A stretch of DNA of 64,000 nt, from the IMG/VR virus record IMGVR_UViG_3300027784_001663; one strand, written 5' to 3'. Shown piece by piece: positions 55,011 to 64,000 of the stretch. A program made the translations under genes and the position numbers. Source of the stretch: a virus. The notes under the pieces were generated by a model. The model made no database searches. It had not been told where the DNA came from and worked only from the letters and a program-made list of their open reading frames with translations. Position 1 is the first letter of the stretch, and the number at the start of each line of letters is the position of its first letter.

Positions 55011-58000
55011 CTAAAATCTATAATACTCAGGATTACCAAATCTATATTTCAAATCATCATTATTATAATATTGTTGAAATGAATTAATATCTAATACCTT
55101 ATATACTTTTCCTGAAAGATATTCTTCAAAAACATTTTCTGCTTCAAGGTTCTTATCGACAATAGATAAATAAGGATCAGTTTTTTTAGGATCATACCCA
55201 TCAGGAAAAATAACATTAATAAAACCAAATCCATCTATGTCAAATATTCCATCATGTTTATATACTTTAAACTCTCCTTTAAAAACTCCTGGAGATATAT
55301 AAGATAAAGATAATCCATATTGATCATGTAATCCAGTTTGTATAGCATTAAATTTTAAATTATCCTGAGAATAAGAACCACTTACCAAAACTTTTATATA
55401 TATAGTAGTTTCATCACTTTTAGGAATACCATTTTCATCCAATTCCTCTGAAACAATTGGATAACCCTTATGCATATTTACTTGTTCTTCTAAATTTTCA
55501 TCCCAATAATATTCTACACTATAAGTTATTATATCCATATTAGATAAAAAATCAACACAACAAACTTTACTTTTACCATAATATGTTAAAACTTGCAAAC
55601 AAACTCTACGAGCTCCATTTCTCTTAGATAAACGCCAAGGAACTATAAACCTATTATCTTCTATAAAATAAGCATGCCATATTTTAGATATTGTATCTGA
55701 TTCATTTTCAAAATATAATTCTGAATCTATATTTATCCATTCACTCCAATTAGAACTCTCAGCATTCCTTAATCTCACTGCATAAGCACCCTCTATCCCA
55801 GATACTTCAATTTTAATATCTTCTTTTTCTATCACAGGAATAACTTTATTCTTACTGACTACTAATGAATTAGAAACATATTCTTTACTGATCCTGGCTT
55901 GTAAATTAGAAATAGACTTATCTAACATTTTCCCATATCCAGGATAACAAAAATCATCTATAATTTCTATTGTAGGATCAATATCATCTTCGATAATCGA
56001 TATAGGCATATTACATTTGTAAGAATAAATTTGATTATATACATAACTAGAAATATAAAAATTTTGCGCCCAATCAGTTATAATTTTTGGTCTATATCCT
56101 TTTGATAAATATTTTTTATCATATAAACCCTGCCCGCTAGAATATATCTTATCACTATCTGCATCCCATATAGAACCACTAATAATTTGTCCATCTAAAT
56201 TTCTTTCTTGCCATACAATCTTAAAATTATCAAACCTATTAGAAGCAATATCAGGAAATAAACAATCTGCAGATTTCTTACTTACTCTTAAATCAGCTTT
56301 TCCTTGCCCACTACAAAGCCAATTCTTAGAATCAAGACTATTTCCCCACTCTAAAGAAGAAACAGCCCCACAAGGGAACACAACAACCTCAGAAGTTAAA
56401 TTATTAGTGGTATCACCATCATAATATTGAATTTTAGTATAATATTTTACACCACATAATAATGACCATTCTTTAATATCACTATCATTTATTATATGTT
56501 CCCTCTGAAATTTTATTTTAGAAGATGGTAAAACTTCAGGAAAATAAACAACTTCTATCGATTCATCAGGTTGCATCTCTATTTCACCACTGCTAAATGG
56601 CGATAACCCATCATCATCTCTAATGTACCATCTTTTATAATCATCATTAGAATAAGCTGCATATTTATAATTATAATAATATTTATCTGTATAAAAAATA
56701 ATTCTAAAACTAAAAATATTAGTTGTCCCAGTTTCATTTGTATAAATAAATGAAATCTCATTTTTTGTTAAATCTTTAAATTTATAATACCCTTCTTCTT
56801 TTTCAAAATCTGTTTCTACAGGATATAATAAATTACTCATATTTTCACAAGTAGAAGTAGGTAATAATGGATTAGATAAAGATCTAGCAGAATATATATC
56901 AAATTTACCATCTCTATCATCATGCCATACTATCATCCTTCTGCCTATTAGATCACTTGCGACACTAGGAGATAAACTATTACTTATAGTATCTGTTATT
57001 CTGGTATCATATCTAAATGGTGATAATTTATTTACAGAATCAGAATAATAAATATCCCAATATCTATTTCTATTAGATTGCCATGTAATATATATTTCAT
57101 TATCATTACCCAAATATAAATCAGAAGACTTGTTAATTCCATCTATCGTGACAGGAACTTGCATTATTTCGTCTACAATATCATAAACATATGTATCATC
57201 TTCACTTCGATATTTATATGTATCAAGTTTATATGACCACCCTCCACCACCACAAAATCTATTAATAACTATCAATATCTTCTTTACATTTTCTATTTCT
57301 TCTACCAGTTCAACCGAAAACCATTCATCTTCTGTTAAAACATAACAATCTTCATTTTCTTCATTCCATGATTGCCATAAAAGATTTGTAGGATTCTCAG
57401 CATCATAAATACTAAAACAATCAGGATTATCCCATGTTTTATATTTAAATATAATTTTATCTATATTTTCAATATTATATTCTGTTTCATAATCTTTTAT
57501 TTCAATCTCTTTTTCAGAAGAGAATATTGCTGTGTGTGAAGCACCTTCCAACCCCAATGTCAATAATTTCTTTAATGGATAATAATTTTCATAATTAAAA
57601 ACATTTTGTTCGTCATCGCTATACGCAGAATTAGGAACAATCATATCTTTTCTATTTGAAATAGGAAATGGAATATCTATCAAATCAGAATTTGGTATAT
57701 ATTTAGGATTAGATATTTCAATATTATTAAATGTATAATCCACTATAGAATTTTCAAACACTAAAGAATTGTATAAATAATGATCATTAGTTATAAAACA
57801 AGTATTAGATGTTAATCCAAAACCAATATTAAACTTTTCATTCTCTTCCAACCATTTAGTTAAATCTACTAAAAAAGATTTAGAAAAAATAGGTTTTTTA
57901 TTCTGTAAAATAGTTAAACTACAAATATACCGATTAATATCAACAGAAATATCTTCATCAATATTTAAAAGATTTGCTACATCCTCATTATATAATTTAG

Positions 58001-60581
58001 AATAATTAACAAGTACTTCAAATGAAAAACTTTTATTAAAATTAAATGAGCCAGGTAAATTTCTAATTATTAAATTATCTTTATCAATATGCCCATAACC
58101 GTCTTCACTATTTAAAATAACACAGAATTTACCTCTTCCAGTATAAATGTCTTGTATATTTTCTTTTAAATAATCCTCGGTTCCTCCAGTCCTTATTTCA
58201 TATTCAGATTCTGTCTCTATATTTGATGCCTTGAATCTTACTTTTTCTGGAATTATACCTATAGAAAAATGCTTAAGATTATTTTCTTCCCCAGAAATAG
58301 ACACTTGGAATTCTGTAGCACCGTCAGGAATATCATAAGAACCCACCATAGGTATAAATCTATCATAGACTTTATCTTCTCTACCTATGACAAATCTATT
58401 ATTATCACTATCGCTATAAACAGGATATCCTTCAAAAAATTCATCTGTTTCAAGATTAAAATCTGATTTCCATTTATCATATTCAATAGAGATATCATGA
58501 TCTTTTAAAACTCCGTCAATATTAATATCTGTTTTATTTTGTTCTAAATCTATTTTTTCCACATCAAAAGATATTTGATAATTTATTTGAGACGCACCAT
58601 CTTCAGAAAATGGATAAAAATATACATCTGTATAAACCAAGTCTGTATCTTCTAAAGTATTTGACCCAGATATTTCTATATTATTTCCAGATATTTGAGA
58701 ATTGTTCCCTATAGAATCAAAATCAATATCAAGATATTCTATATCATCTTCTCTATCTATTAAAAGAGGAGTTTCAAGATGATAAAAAATATCATTTTTA
58801 CCACCAATTTGTTTCTCAATAGCAGATCCTAAAGAAGAATTGAAGTATGAAATAGATGATGGGCCTATGACAGAATAAAAAACTTGTTCAGGTCCACTAC
58901 GATCACTCTCCCATAATAAATGTAAATTATTTGTCTTATCTATAGTAATATTAGGTTTTCTATTATTACCTTTTTTAGTTAACTGCAACCATCCAAAAGA
59001 TTCAGCTACAAATATATTATCTGGGTCAGAGGGATTAAAATCTAAATCATCTCCTGCAATAAAAGAATAAAAGAAGAGTTGACTTTTATTATCTTTTAAA
59101 GCTTCAGCTATTATATAAATAAATGATTCTCCATATTCTCCTATCCTATCTCTATTACAAGCAATACTAACATTACTTATTGGTAAATAATTTCCATATA
59201 CATCTTCAATAAATGGTAATTTTCTAAAATCATTTAAATTCAGATCTTCTGAAGGAGGTAAATGACTATCATCAGTTACATCTGTATCTTCATAAAAAAT
59301 AACATATTTACACGTTGACCACTCTTCTACCTGGATAGGAGGAATTTTTTGTGCCACACGAACTCTATATCCACTATCATAAACACTAGGAGAATATAAT
59401 CCTGTTATTTTATAATCATTATAATTGAATTTTTCATCCAGAATACAAACATATAAAAAACGATATTTCATTGTCATAGAAATTCTATTAAAAACATCTT
59501 CTGTAATATATATTTCAAAATCTTCATCATAACTAGCAGGAGATATTGCAACATCTCTCCCAACTATGACATTAGATTGAATAGAAGTTTCATCTTCTGA
59601 CAAAAATATACGAGGAATATTATATCCCTTTTCATTTCTATCTTGTATACTTGAATCAACACTAACAAAAGCATTTAAAGCCATACTATTAGAAAGAGAA
59701 GTACTGTCATGAGAAACTATTTTACAAATATCATATTCAGATAGAACCTCATGGTCTTTGCACTCTTTATCTTTTGTAGGAATCCCTAAAGGAGGATTCG
59801 TTGGTTCTAATGGCTTAGGATCTGGATATCCAGGTATATCAAAGCACCATTCAGGAGGAACCCAATCGGCCAAATTAAAATCTCCTTCACAACGAGGGTC
59901 TAATCCTTCTGGTAACCAAACCTCTGGATCAGTTTTTCCTTCAATAATAGCCGTTGCCTTTATACTTTCAGGAGCTATATTTAAATAAAATCCAGTTATT
60001 TTTCTTTCATTATTAGAATAATGATATAATGGAAATCTTTGAATAACTGATCCAGAATTATTATCTATAACATCTGAACCTTTAAAATTTATTGTCCCTA
60101 TTCCATCCTTATTTGTTAAAATCTTAAAAGTTTTTTTATTAATACTAAATAAATATTTTTCTTTAGGATCAGCAAATATCCTTATTTTACAATCCTCTTC
60201 TGGAGTAATAAATTGCGGATATATAAAAACCTTACCATCAAAAGATATTTTTTCAGGAACATCCTCTATGAAATAAGCAGCAGGACAAACTTCTTTAAGT
60301 TGAAATTTATTATTATCCCCTATAGTATAAATATTTGCAAATATTGTATAAATATAATGCTCTGAATTGCTGGGAATATTTAAATCAATAGATCCAGTAA
60401 TTACTAACCCATCAGGAGATTTTTCAACCTTTTTATTTTTATATTCAATTATAGTTGAATTAGTAGCATTTTCAAATTTAATACAAAAATCTTGCCCATC
60501 TTCTATATCACTAATAGAAAATTTTATATTTTTTGATTTTTCTATATCACCAAACTGAGGATATATTTGTAATTTAGACAT
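55011..60581 (-). CDS. 1856-aa modular putative virion protein with dispersed propeller blades
   Basis: Blades LLWESDRSG..QVFY, ITWQSNRNRYWDIYY, VWHDDRDGKFDIY, VWQER; one copy of the ca. 90-aa module of the 1938-aa protein; Pro/Cys-rich linker. Confidence 0.6.
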   Translation of the reverse strand: MSKLQIYPQFGDIEKSKNIKFSISDIEDGQDFCIKFENATNSTIIEYKNKKVEKSPDGLVITGSIDLNIPSNSEHYIYTIFANIYTIGDNNKFQLKEVCPAAYFIEDVPEKISFDGKVFIYPQFITPEEDCKIRIFADPKEKYLFSINKKTFKILTNKDGIGTINFKGSDVIDNNSGSVIQRFPLYHYSNNERKITGFYLNIAPESIKATAIIEGKTDPEVWLPEGLDPRCEGDFNLADWVPPEWCFDIPGYPDPKPLEPTNPPLGIPTKDKECKDHEVLSEYDICKIVSHDSTSLSNSMALNAFVSVDSSIQDRNEKGYNIPRIFLSEDETSIQSNVIVGRDVAISPASYDEDFEIYITEDVFNRISMTMKYRFLYVCILDEKFNYNDYKITGLYSPSVYDSGYRVRVAQKIPPIQVEEWSTCKYVIFYEDTDVTDDSHLPPSEDLNLNDFRKLPFIEDVYGNYLPISNVSIACNRDRIGEYGESFIYIIAEALKDNKSQLFFYSFIAGDDLDFNPSDPDNIFVAESFGWLQLTKKGNNRKPNITIDKTNNLHLLWESDRSGPEQVFYSVIGPSSISYFNSSLGSAIEKQIGGKNDIFYHLETPLLIDREDDIEYLDIDFDSIGNNSQISGNNIEISGSNTLEDTDLVYTDVYFYPFSEDGASQINYQISFDVEKIDLEQNKTDINIDGVLKDHDISIEYDKWKSDFNLETDEFFEGYPVYSDSDNNRFVIGREDKVYDRFIPMVGSYDIPDGATEFQVSISGEENNLKHFSIGIIPEKVRFKASNIETESEYEIRTGGTEDYLKENIQDIYTGRGKFCVILNSEDGYGHIDKDNLIIRNLPGSFNFNKSFSFEVLVNYSKLYNEDVANLLNIDEDISVDINRYICSLTILQNKKPIFSKSFLVDLTKWLEENEKFNIGFGLTSNTCFITNDHYLYNSLVFENSIVDYTFNNIEISNPKYIPNSDLIDIPFPISNRKDMIVPNSAYSDDEQNVFNYENYYPLKKLLTLGLEGASHTAIFSSEKEIEIKDYETEYNIENIDKIIFKYKTWDNPDCFSIYDAENPTNLLWQSWNEENEDCYVLTEDEWFSVELVEEIENVKKILIVINRFCGGGGWSYKLDTYKYRSEDDTYVYDIVDEIMQVPVTIDGINKSSDLYLGNDNEIYITWQSNRNRYWDIYYSDSVNKLSPFRYDTRITDTISNSLSPSVASDLIGRRMIVWHDDRDGKFDIYSARSLSNPLLPTSTCENMSNLLYPVETDFEKEEGYYKFKDLTKNEISFIYTNETGTTNIFSFRIIFYTDKYYYNYKYAAYSNDDYKRWYIRDDDGLSPFSSGEIEMQPDESIEVVYFPEVLPSSKIKFQREHIINDSDIKEWSLLCGVKYYTKIQYYDGDTTNNLTSEVVVFPCGAVSSLEWGNSLDSKNWLCSGQGKADLRVSKKSADCLFPDIASNRFDNFKIVWQERNLDGQIISGSIWDADSDKIYSSGQGLYDKKYLSKGYRPKIITDWAQNFYISSYVYNQIYSYKCNMPISIIEDDIDPTIEIIDDFCYPGYGKMLDKSISNLQARISKEYVSNSLVVSKNKVIPVIEKEDIKIEVSGIEGAYAVRLRNAESSNWSEWINIDSELYFENESDTISKIWHAYFIEDNRFIVPWRLSKRNGARRVCLQVLTYYGKSKVCCVDFLSNMDIITYSVEYYWDENLEEQVNMHKGYPIVSEELDENGIPKSDETTIYIKVLVSGSYSQDNLKFNAIQTGLHDQYGLSLSYISPGVFKGEFKVYKHDGIFDIDGFGFINVIFPDGYDPKKTDPYLSIVDKNLEAENVFEEYLSGKVYKVLDINSFQQYYNNDDLKYRFGNPEYYRF

Positions 60582-60693
60582 ATATTTAATTACCTTAACA
60601 CCAATTAAAAATTACTTTAACAAAGAAAGGAACTTATCATTACTTATTCAATAAAAATCCTAAAAAACCCTTTGATATTATTAAATATAATTT

Positions 60694-63600
60694 TTACAAA
60701 CTAACCAATAATGAATCTTCTAAATTTTTAACACTATTAATTCTATTAAAAGACCCATATCCATAACTCCATATAATATTACCAAAACTATCTAGCTGCA
60801 ACAATCTTCCATTAGCTTCAGCAAAACACGACTCAGCTAATAATATATTATCATATTCTGCAAAGTCAATATCAGAAGGGTACAATAGATGAGATGATAC
60901 ATAAAAGTTTCTATAACTATCAGTATTTTTATCGATTATTTTAACAACTCCTCTATACCCTTCTAAAGAATCAACTGCTGATGCTCTTATTCTAGTTCCC
61001 CTATTTATCACCTCTGCTGCCTCTAATATATCTTCCCCAGTTATATCATAAGAAACATCACTAGTATATTCTTCTATACCTGCTACTAAAAAACGATTAG
61101 TATCATATTCTATTAATCCTCCTAATGTAAAATCAGAAAATTTTATAACATCAGAATTATATTTTACTGATCCATCAGAAGGATCTATTTCTATGATATC
61201 AGGAACAGTCCCTTCTTCAACAGTATAAGTTCCTCCTTCTTTATCCAATTTAGATTCATAAAATAAATCATTATTTGAAACATTCCCAAATATCCAATTT
61301 TCATTATTTAAAATCTTAACAAAAATAGGATGTTTTATAAAATCGACATAAGTAAAATCACCTATAAAACATTCCATTCCATAAAGCCCAAATAACCCCT
61401 GAACATTATCTCCTATTTTTATAGTTTCTACAAAAACCCCATCTTCAAAATTAATCGATAAATTATCTTCCACATTTATTAATTTTGTCCAAGTATCTTC
61501 ATGTAATTTTATTTCTAATATTTTACCATTTGCTTTACTGATATTAAAAATTTCATCTTTTGAACTATCAAGAGGATTTTTTTCACTACCTATATATAAA
61601 ACAATTTTTGAAATATCATCAATTTCTACTGGTTTAGTTAGCACGATAGACAAAATATGATTAATAGGATTATATATAGCTGAAATAGGATATAAATCAT
61701 TATCTGATATAAACGAAGAACCATACCCTTTTATAAGATCACCTTTTGAAGAAACTTCTAGTAATCTATTATTTCTTGTATCAGCTATGATGAAATTTTT
61801 ATTATTTTTCCTAATAAAAGATGTTAGATATTCAAATCTTTTCATAGGTTTTTTATCCCATAAAACAGCTTGATTAGGGGATATTGGCATATTCCCACCA
61901 TTAAATCCTAGTATAGCTATACTATCTTTATCTTCTGTAGCAATTCCATCATCGATCTCACTAATTCCATCATTATAAGCAAATGCATAACCACCGACAT
62001 TTATTGGATCCGAAATTACTAAATTAGAAGAATCTTTCGATATGTTGTTAAAATCTCCATCATCCCAATCTTCAGTTTCTGATAACTCATAACCTGTAAA
62101 ATCTGCATCAACCATCATTCTAAGTTCAACTGAATCTAAAACAGGAGTTTTTGTCAAACTACTATCACTTTTCATTATAATTTCTATTTCCGCATCAGTC
62201 CCATTTAAAGCAAAAACTTGTCCAGAAGACAGTGGTAATGTGTAACTAGATCTATTTAATAAACTAGGAGAATTAGCAACTTTTACTCTCGCCCTTAAAT
62301 TTGTTCCTTCTGGTATCACAGCGTCATAAAATAAGGAATAATAAACAATATCAGATTGACTTGAATGTCTTAATCTTATAACTCCACTTGAAGAAAACAT
62401 ATCTGTTCTTCTAACATGGATATTATCAAGTAAAAAACTAAAATCTTCACTAACCTCAGAAGTATATATTACTAATTTAGTAATATTATCCATATTTTTA
62501 TTTTCTTCTATCTTTAATTGTTTCAAATTTATAACAATTTCTTCAAAATTATGCATAGATTCATCTGAATTAAATGTTGCTTGATTCTCTTCTAAAAGAA
62601 TAAAAGGTCCTAATTTGTTTTCTTCTAAAAAACCTTCTTCTCCAGGCATTGTATCACCATTAATTAAATAAAAGAAAACTGGATCATGTTGAGAACTAGT
62701 AGTTTTTACATATAAAACTAATTCATCATAATCTTCCGACCAATCTCTTCCTACCGTATCGCCAGTTTCTGCATCTGTTCTATATAAATGTTTAGTATAA
62801 GTAACAATCAGATCTGTATTAGCACTAAATTTTCCACTATATTTTCCATAAATTCTATTAGTATCTCCCCCTTTAGATATCGATATAATTTCTTTATTAT
62901 CGAAAGAAATATCTTTATCAAAAGTTACATCTAAACCTTTTGATCCTACTTCAAAATCTTCTACTGTTTCAATATTTTCTCCTGATCTCTTTAATGAAAC
63001 TTGTCCATCTGAAACAACAATATTCTTTTTAAAATGAGCATTATAAAAAGCATGCTGATCTTTCCAAAAAACAGAACTAAATAACCCTTTTTTAATAGGC
63101 TTACCACTAATACAATTGTCTTCTAAATTAATGTTAGCTGTAGAAGCCTCAAAATCTATATAGTTATCAGAAGAAATTCCAGGTAATAGTAATATTTCAT
63201 TTACAAATTGCTCATCTATATCAGGATAATTAGTTTTCAGAAATATTAAAGTTTTTAATAAATTAATACTAGCTACCTCTCCAAGTAATTCTCTATTTGC
63301 TTCAGATAAAGTTTTCACAAAAGTATCTAAAGCGGGATGAGTTAATAACCCATTATTATTTAAATCATTATGATCTAATTGAGGAATTCGATCTATATCA
63401 AATCTTCCACTATGAATCTTAGAAGCATCTAACCCATCAATACGAGCCCCAGGTAATTGATTTTTTGTTTCATTAGCTAAATCAATTTTGGATGGAGATC
63501 CCCTATGTTTATGCATATTTATTTCATCTTTAATTATCTGTTCAAACCCAACATGGTCTTTGACCGTATTATCAATATATTCTATTGTATTAAATCCAGT

Positions 63601-64000
63601 TTTCACCTGGGCTATTCTTATCGCAAAATCATGTTCTGAACCTGCCGAACTGTCAAAAAAACTTATTCTTCTTGTTCTAGGTGTAGAACCCTCAAATGTA
63701 GCAAATATATCTAACAGAGAATTAGAAGAAAGCCCATGTAATCTAGTTACATCAGATGTTTCAGCAGCCATATATTTTATTATCCCATTACCTGGAGATA
63801 TATTAATTGATATTCCCATATCACTTGTATAACCTCCATCCGTCACATCCCAACCATTTAATACACCATTCCCAAAAACATTATATAATCCATAAATTTG
63901 CTTATCTATCATTACAAAACGTTCTATTTCTTTGCGAACATTTAGTGTAGAATCTAACTCATCACCAAAATCAAAAAAAGCTAAATTATAATACCTTGTT
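60694..64000 (-). CDS. Large putative virion protein, paralogous N-terminus to 37808-43570; 5'-truncated by window edge
   Basis: The frame of the 1072-aa track ORF stays open to 64000 (TRYYNLAFFDFGDELDSTLNVRKEIERFVMIDKQ), so the true start lies outside the window. HKH motif, KIHSGRFD, NHL-like C-terminal propeller (FIIADTRNNRLLEV). Confidence 0.65.
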   Translation of the reverse strand, partial: TRYYNLAFFDFGDELDSTLNVRKEIERFVMIDKQIYGLYNVFGNGVLNGWDVTDGGYTSDMGISINISPGNGIIKYMAAETSDVTRLHGLSSNSLLDIFATFEGSTPRTRRISFFDSSAGSEHDFAIRIAQVKTGFNTIEYIDNTVKDHVGFEQIIKDEINMHKHRGSPSKIDLANETKNQLPGARIDGLDASKIHSGRFDIDRIPQLDHNDLNNNGLLTHPALDTFVKTLSEANRELLGEVASINLLKTLIFLKTNYPDIDEQFVNEILLLPGISSDNYIDFEASTANINLEDNCISGKPIKKGLFSSVFWKDQHAFYNAHFKKNIVVSDGQVSLKRSGENIETVEDFEVGSKGLDVTFDKDISFDNKEIISISKGGDTNRIYGKYSGKFSANTDLIVTYTKHLYRTDAETGDTVGRDWSEDYDELVLYVKTTSSQHDPVFFYLINGDTMPGEEGFLEENKLGPFILLEENQATFNSDESMHNFEEIVINLKQLKIEENKNMDNITKLVIYTSEVSEDFSFLLDNIHVRRTDMFSSSGVIRLRHSSQSDIVYYSLFYDAVIPEGTNLRARVKVANSPSLLNRSSYTLPLSSGQVFALNGTDAEIEIIMKSDSSLTKTPVLDSVELRMMVDADFTGYELSETEDWDDGDFNNISKDSSNLVISDPINVGGYAFAYNDGISEIDDGIATEDKDSIAILGFNGGNMPISPNQAVLWDKKPMKRFEYLTSFIRKNNKNFIIADTRNNRLLEVSSKGDLIKGYGSSFISDNDLYPISAIYNPINHILSIVLTKPVEIDDISKIVLYIGSEKNPLDSSKDEIFNISKANGKILEIKLHEDTWTKLINVEDNLSINFEDGVFVETIKIGDNVQGLFGLYGMECFIGDFTYVDFIKHPIFVKILNNENWIFGNVSNNDLFYESKLDKEGGTYTVEEGTVPDIIEIDPSDGSVKYNSDVIKFSDFTLGGLIEYDTNRFLVAGIEEYTSDVSYDITGEDILEAAEVINRGTRIRASAVDSLEGYRGVVKIIDKNTDSYRNFYVSSHLLYPSDIDFAEYDNILLAESCFAEANGRLLQLDSFGNIIWSYGYGSFNRINSVKNLEDSLLVSL

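Noticed and set aside
39152-56761. Nested minus-strand ORFs 39152-39352, 40357-40671 and 56579-56761
   Set aside because: Alternative frames inside long genes, no motifs or clear RBS.
62163-62174. Extra TATCACTTTTCA match
   Set aside because: Inside coding sequence (MKSD) with no downstream -10 element; treated as chance.
556-63832. All plus-strand ORFs in the track (60-129 aa)
   Set aside because: Each lies antisense to a longer minus-strand gene with recognisable motifs; compositions (F/S/I/L-rich) are typical shadow frames.
1-64000. Stop-codon reassignment (as in some large phages)
   Set aside because: Standard code already gives near-complete coding coverage with ORFs over 2000 aa, and TAG ends genes cleanly (e.g. 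1554, 3248).
1-64000. tRNA/rRNA or structured ncRNA genes
   Set aside because: Gaps are at most about 115 bp, very AT-rich, and show no cloverleaf or T-loop motif.

Overview
AT-rich (roughly a quarter G+C by eye), very gene-dense segment in which all 44 credible genes lie on the minus strand and read in the standard code. The content best fits a large tailed dsDNA phage (jumbo/huge phage); this is an inference, since no capsid, portal or terminase gene is in the window. Positions 1-25.9 kb hold a replication/recombination module plus host-like genes. The replication/recombination genes are Gam/Gp157-like, Cas4-like exonuclease, RecA, gp32-like SSB, DnaE, DnaG, DnaB, DnaC-like loader, SF2 helicase and adenine MTase. 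The host-like genes are SpoVS, PRPP synthetase, IF-3 and a Ycf46-like AAA+ ATPase. Positions 26-64 kb hold 11 modular, probably virion or adhesion, proteins (322-2219 aa) built from vWA, LamG, Kelch, FG-GAP, FN3, Ig-like and beta-propeller modules. Most notable: (1) a shared C-terminal peptide N-K-[FY]-x-x-L-D-I-stop on four neighbouring, otherwise unrelated genes, partly duplicated at DNA level; (2) an intein-free split DnaE whose active-site motifs fall in two genes that both carry the same palm segment; (3) a vWA/MIDAS domain apparently divided between two adjacent giant proteins; (4) a primase split into genes 11 kb apart; (5) a recurring promoter-like motif. No tRNA, rRNA, CRISPR array or mobile element was recognised. 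All family assignments come from motif recognition by eye, not from database searches.
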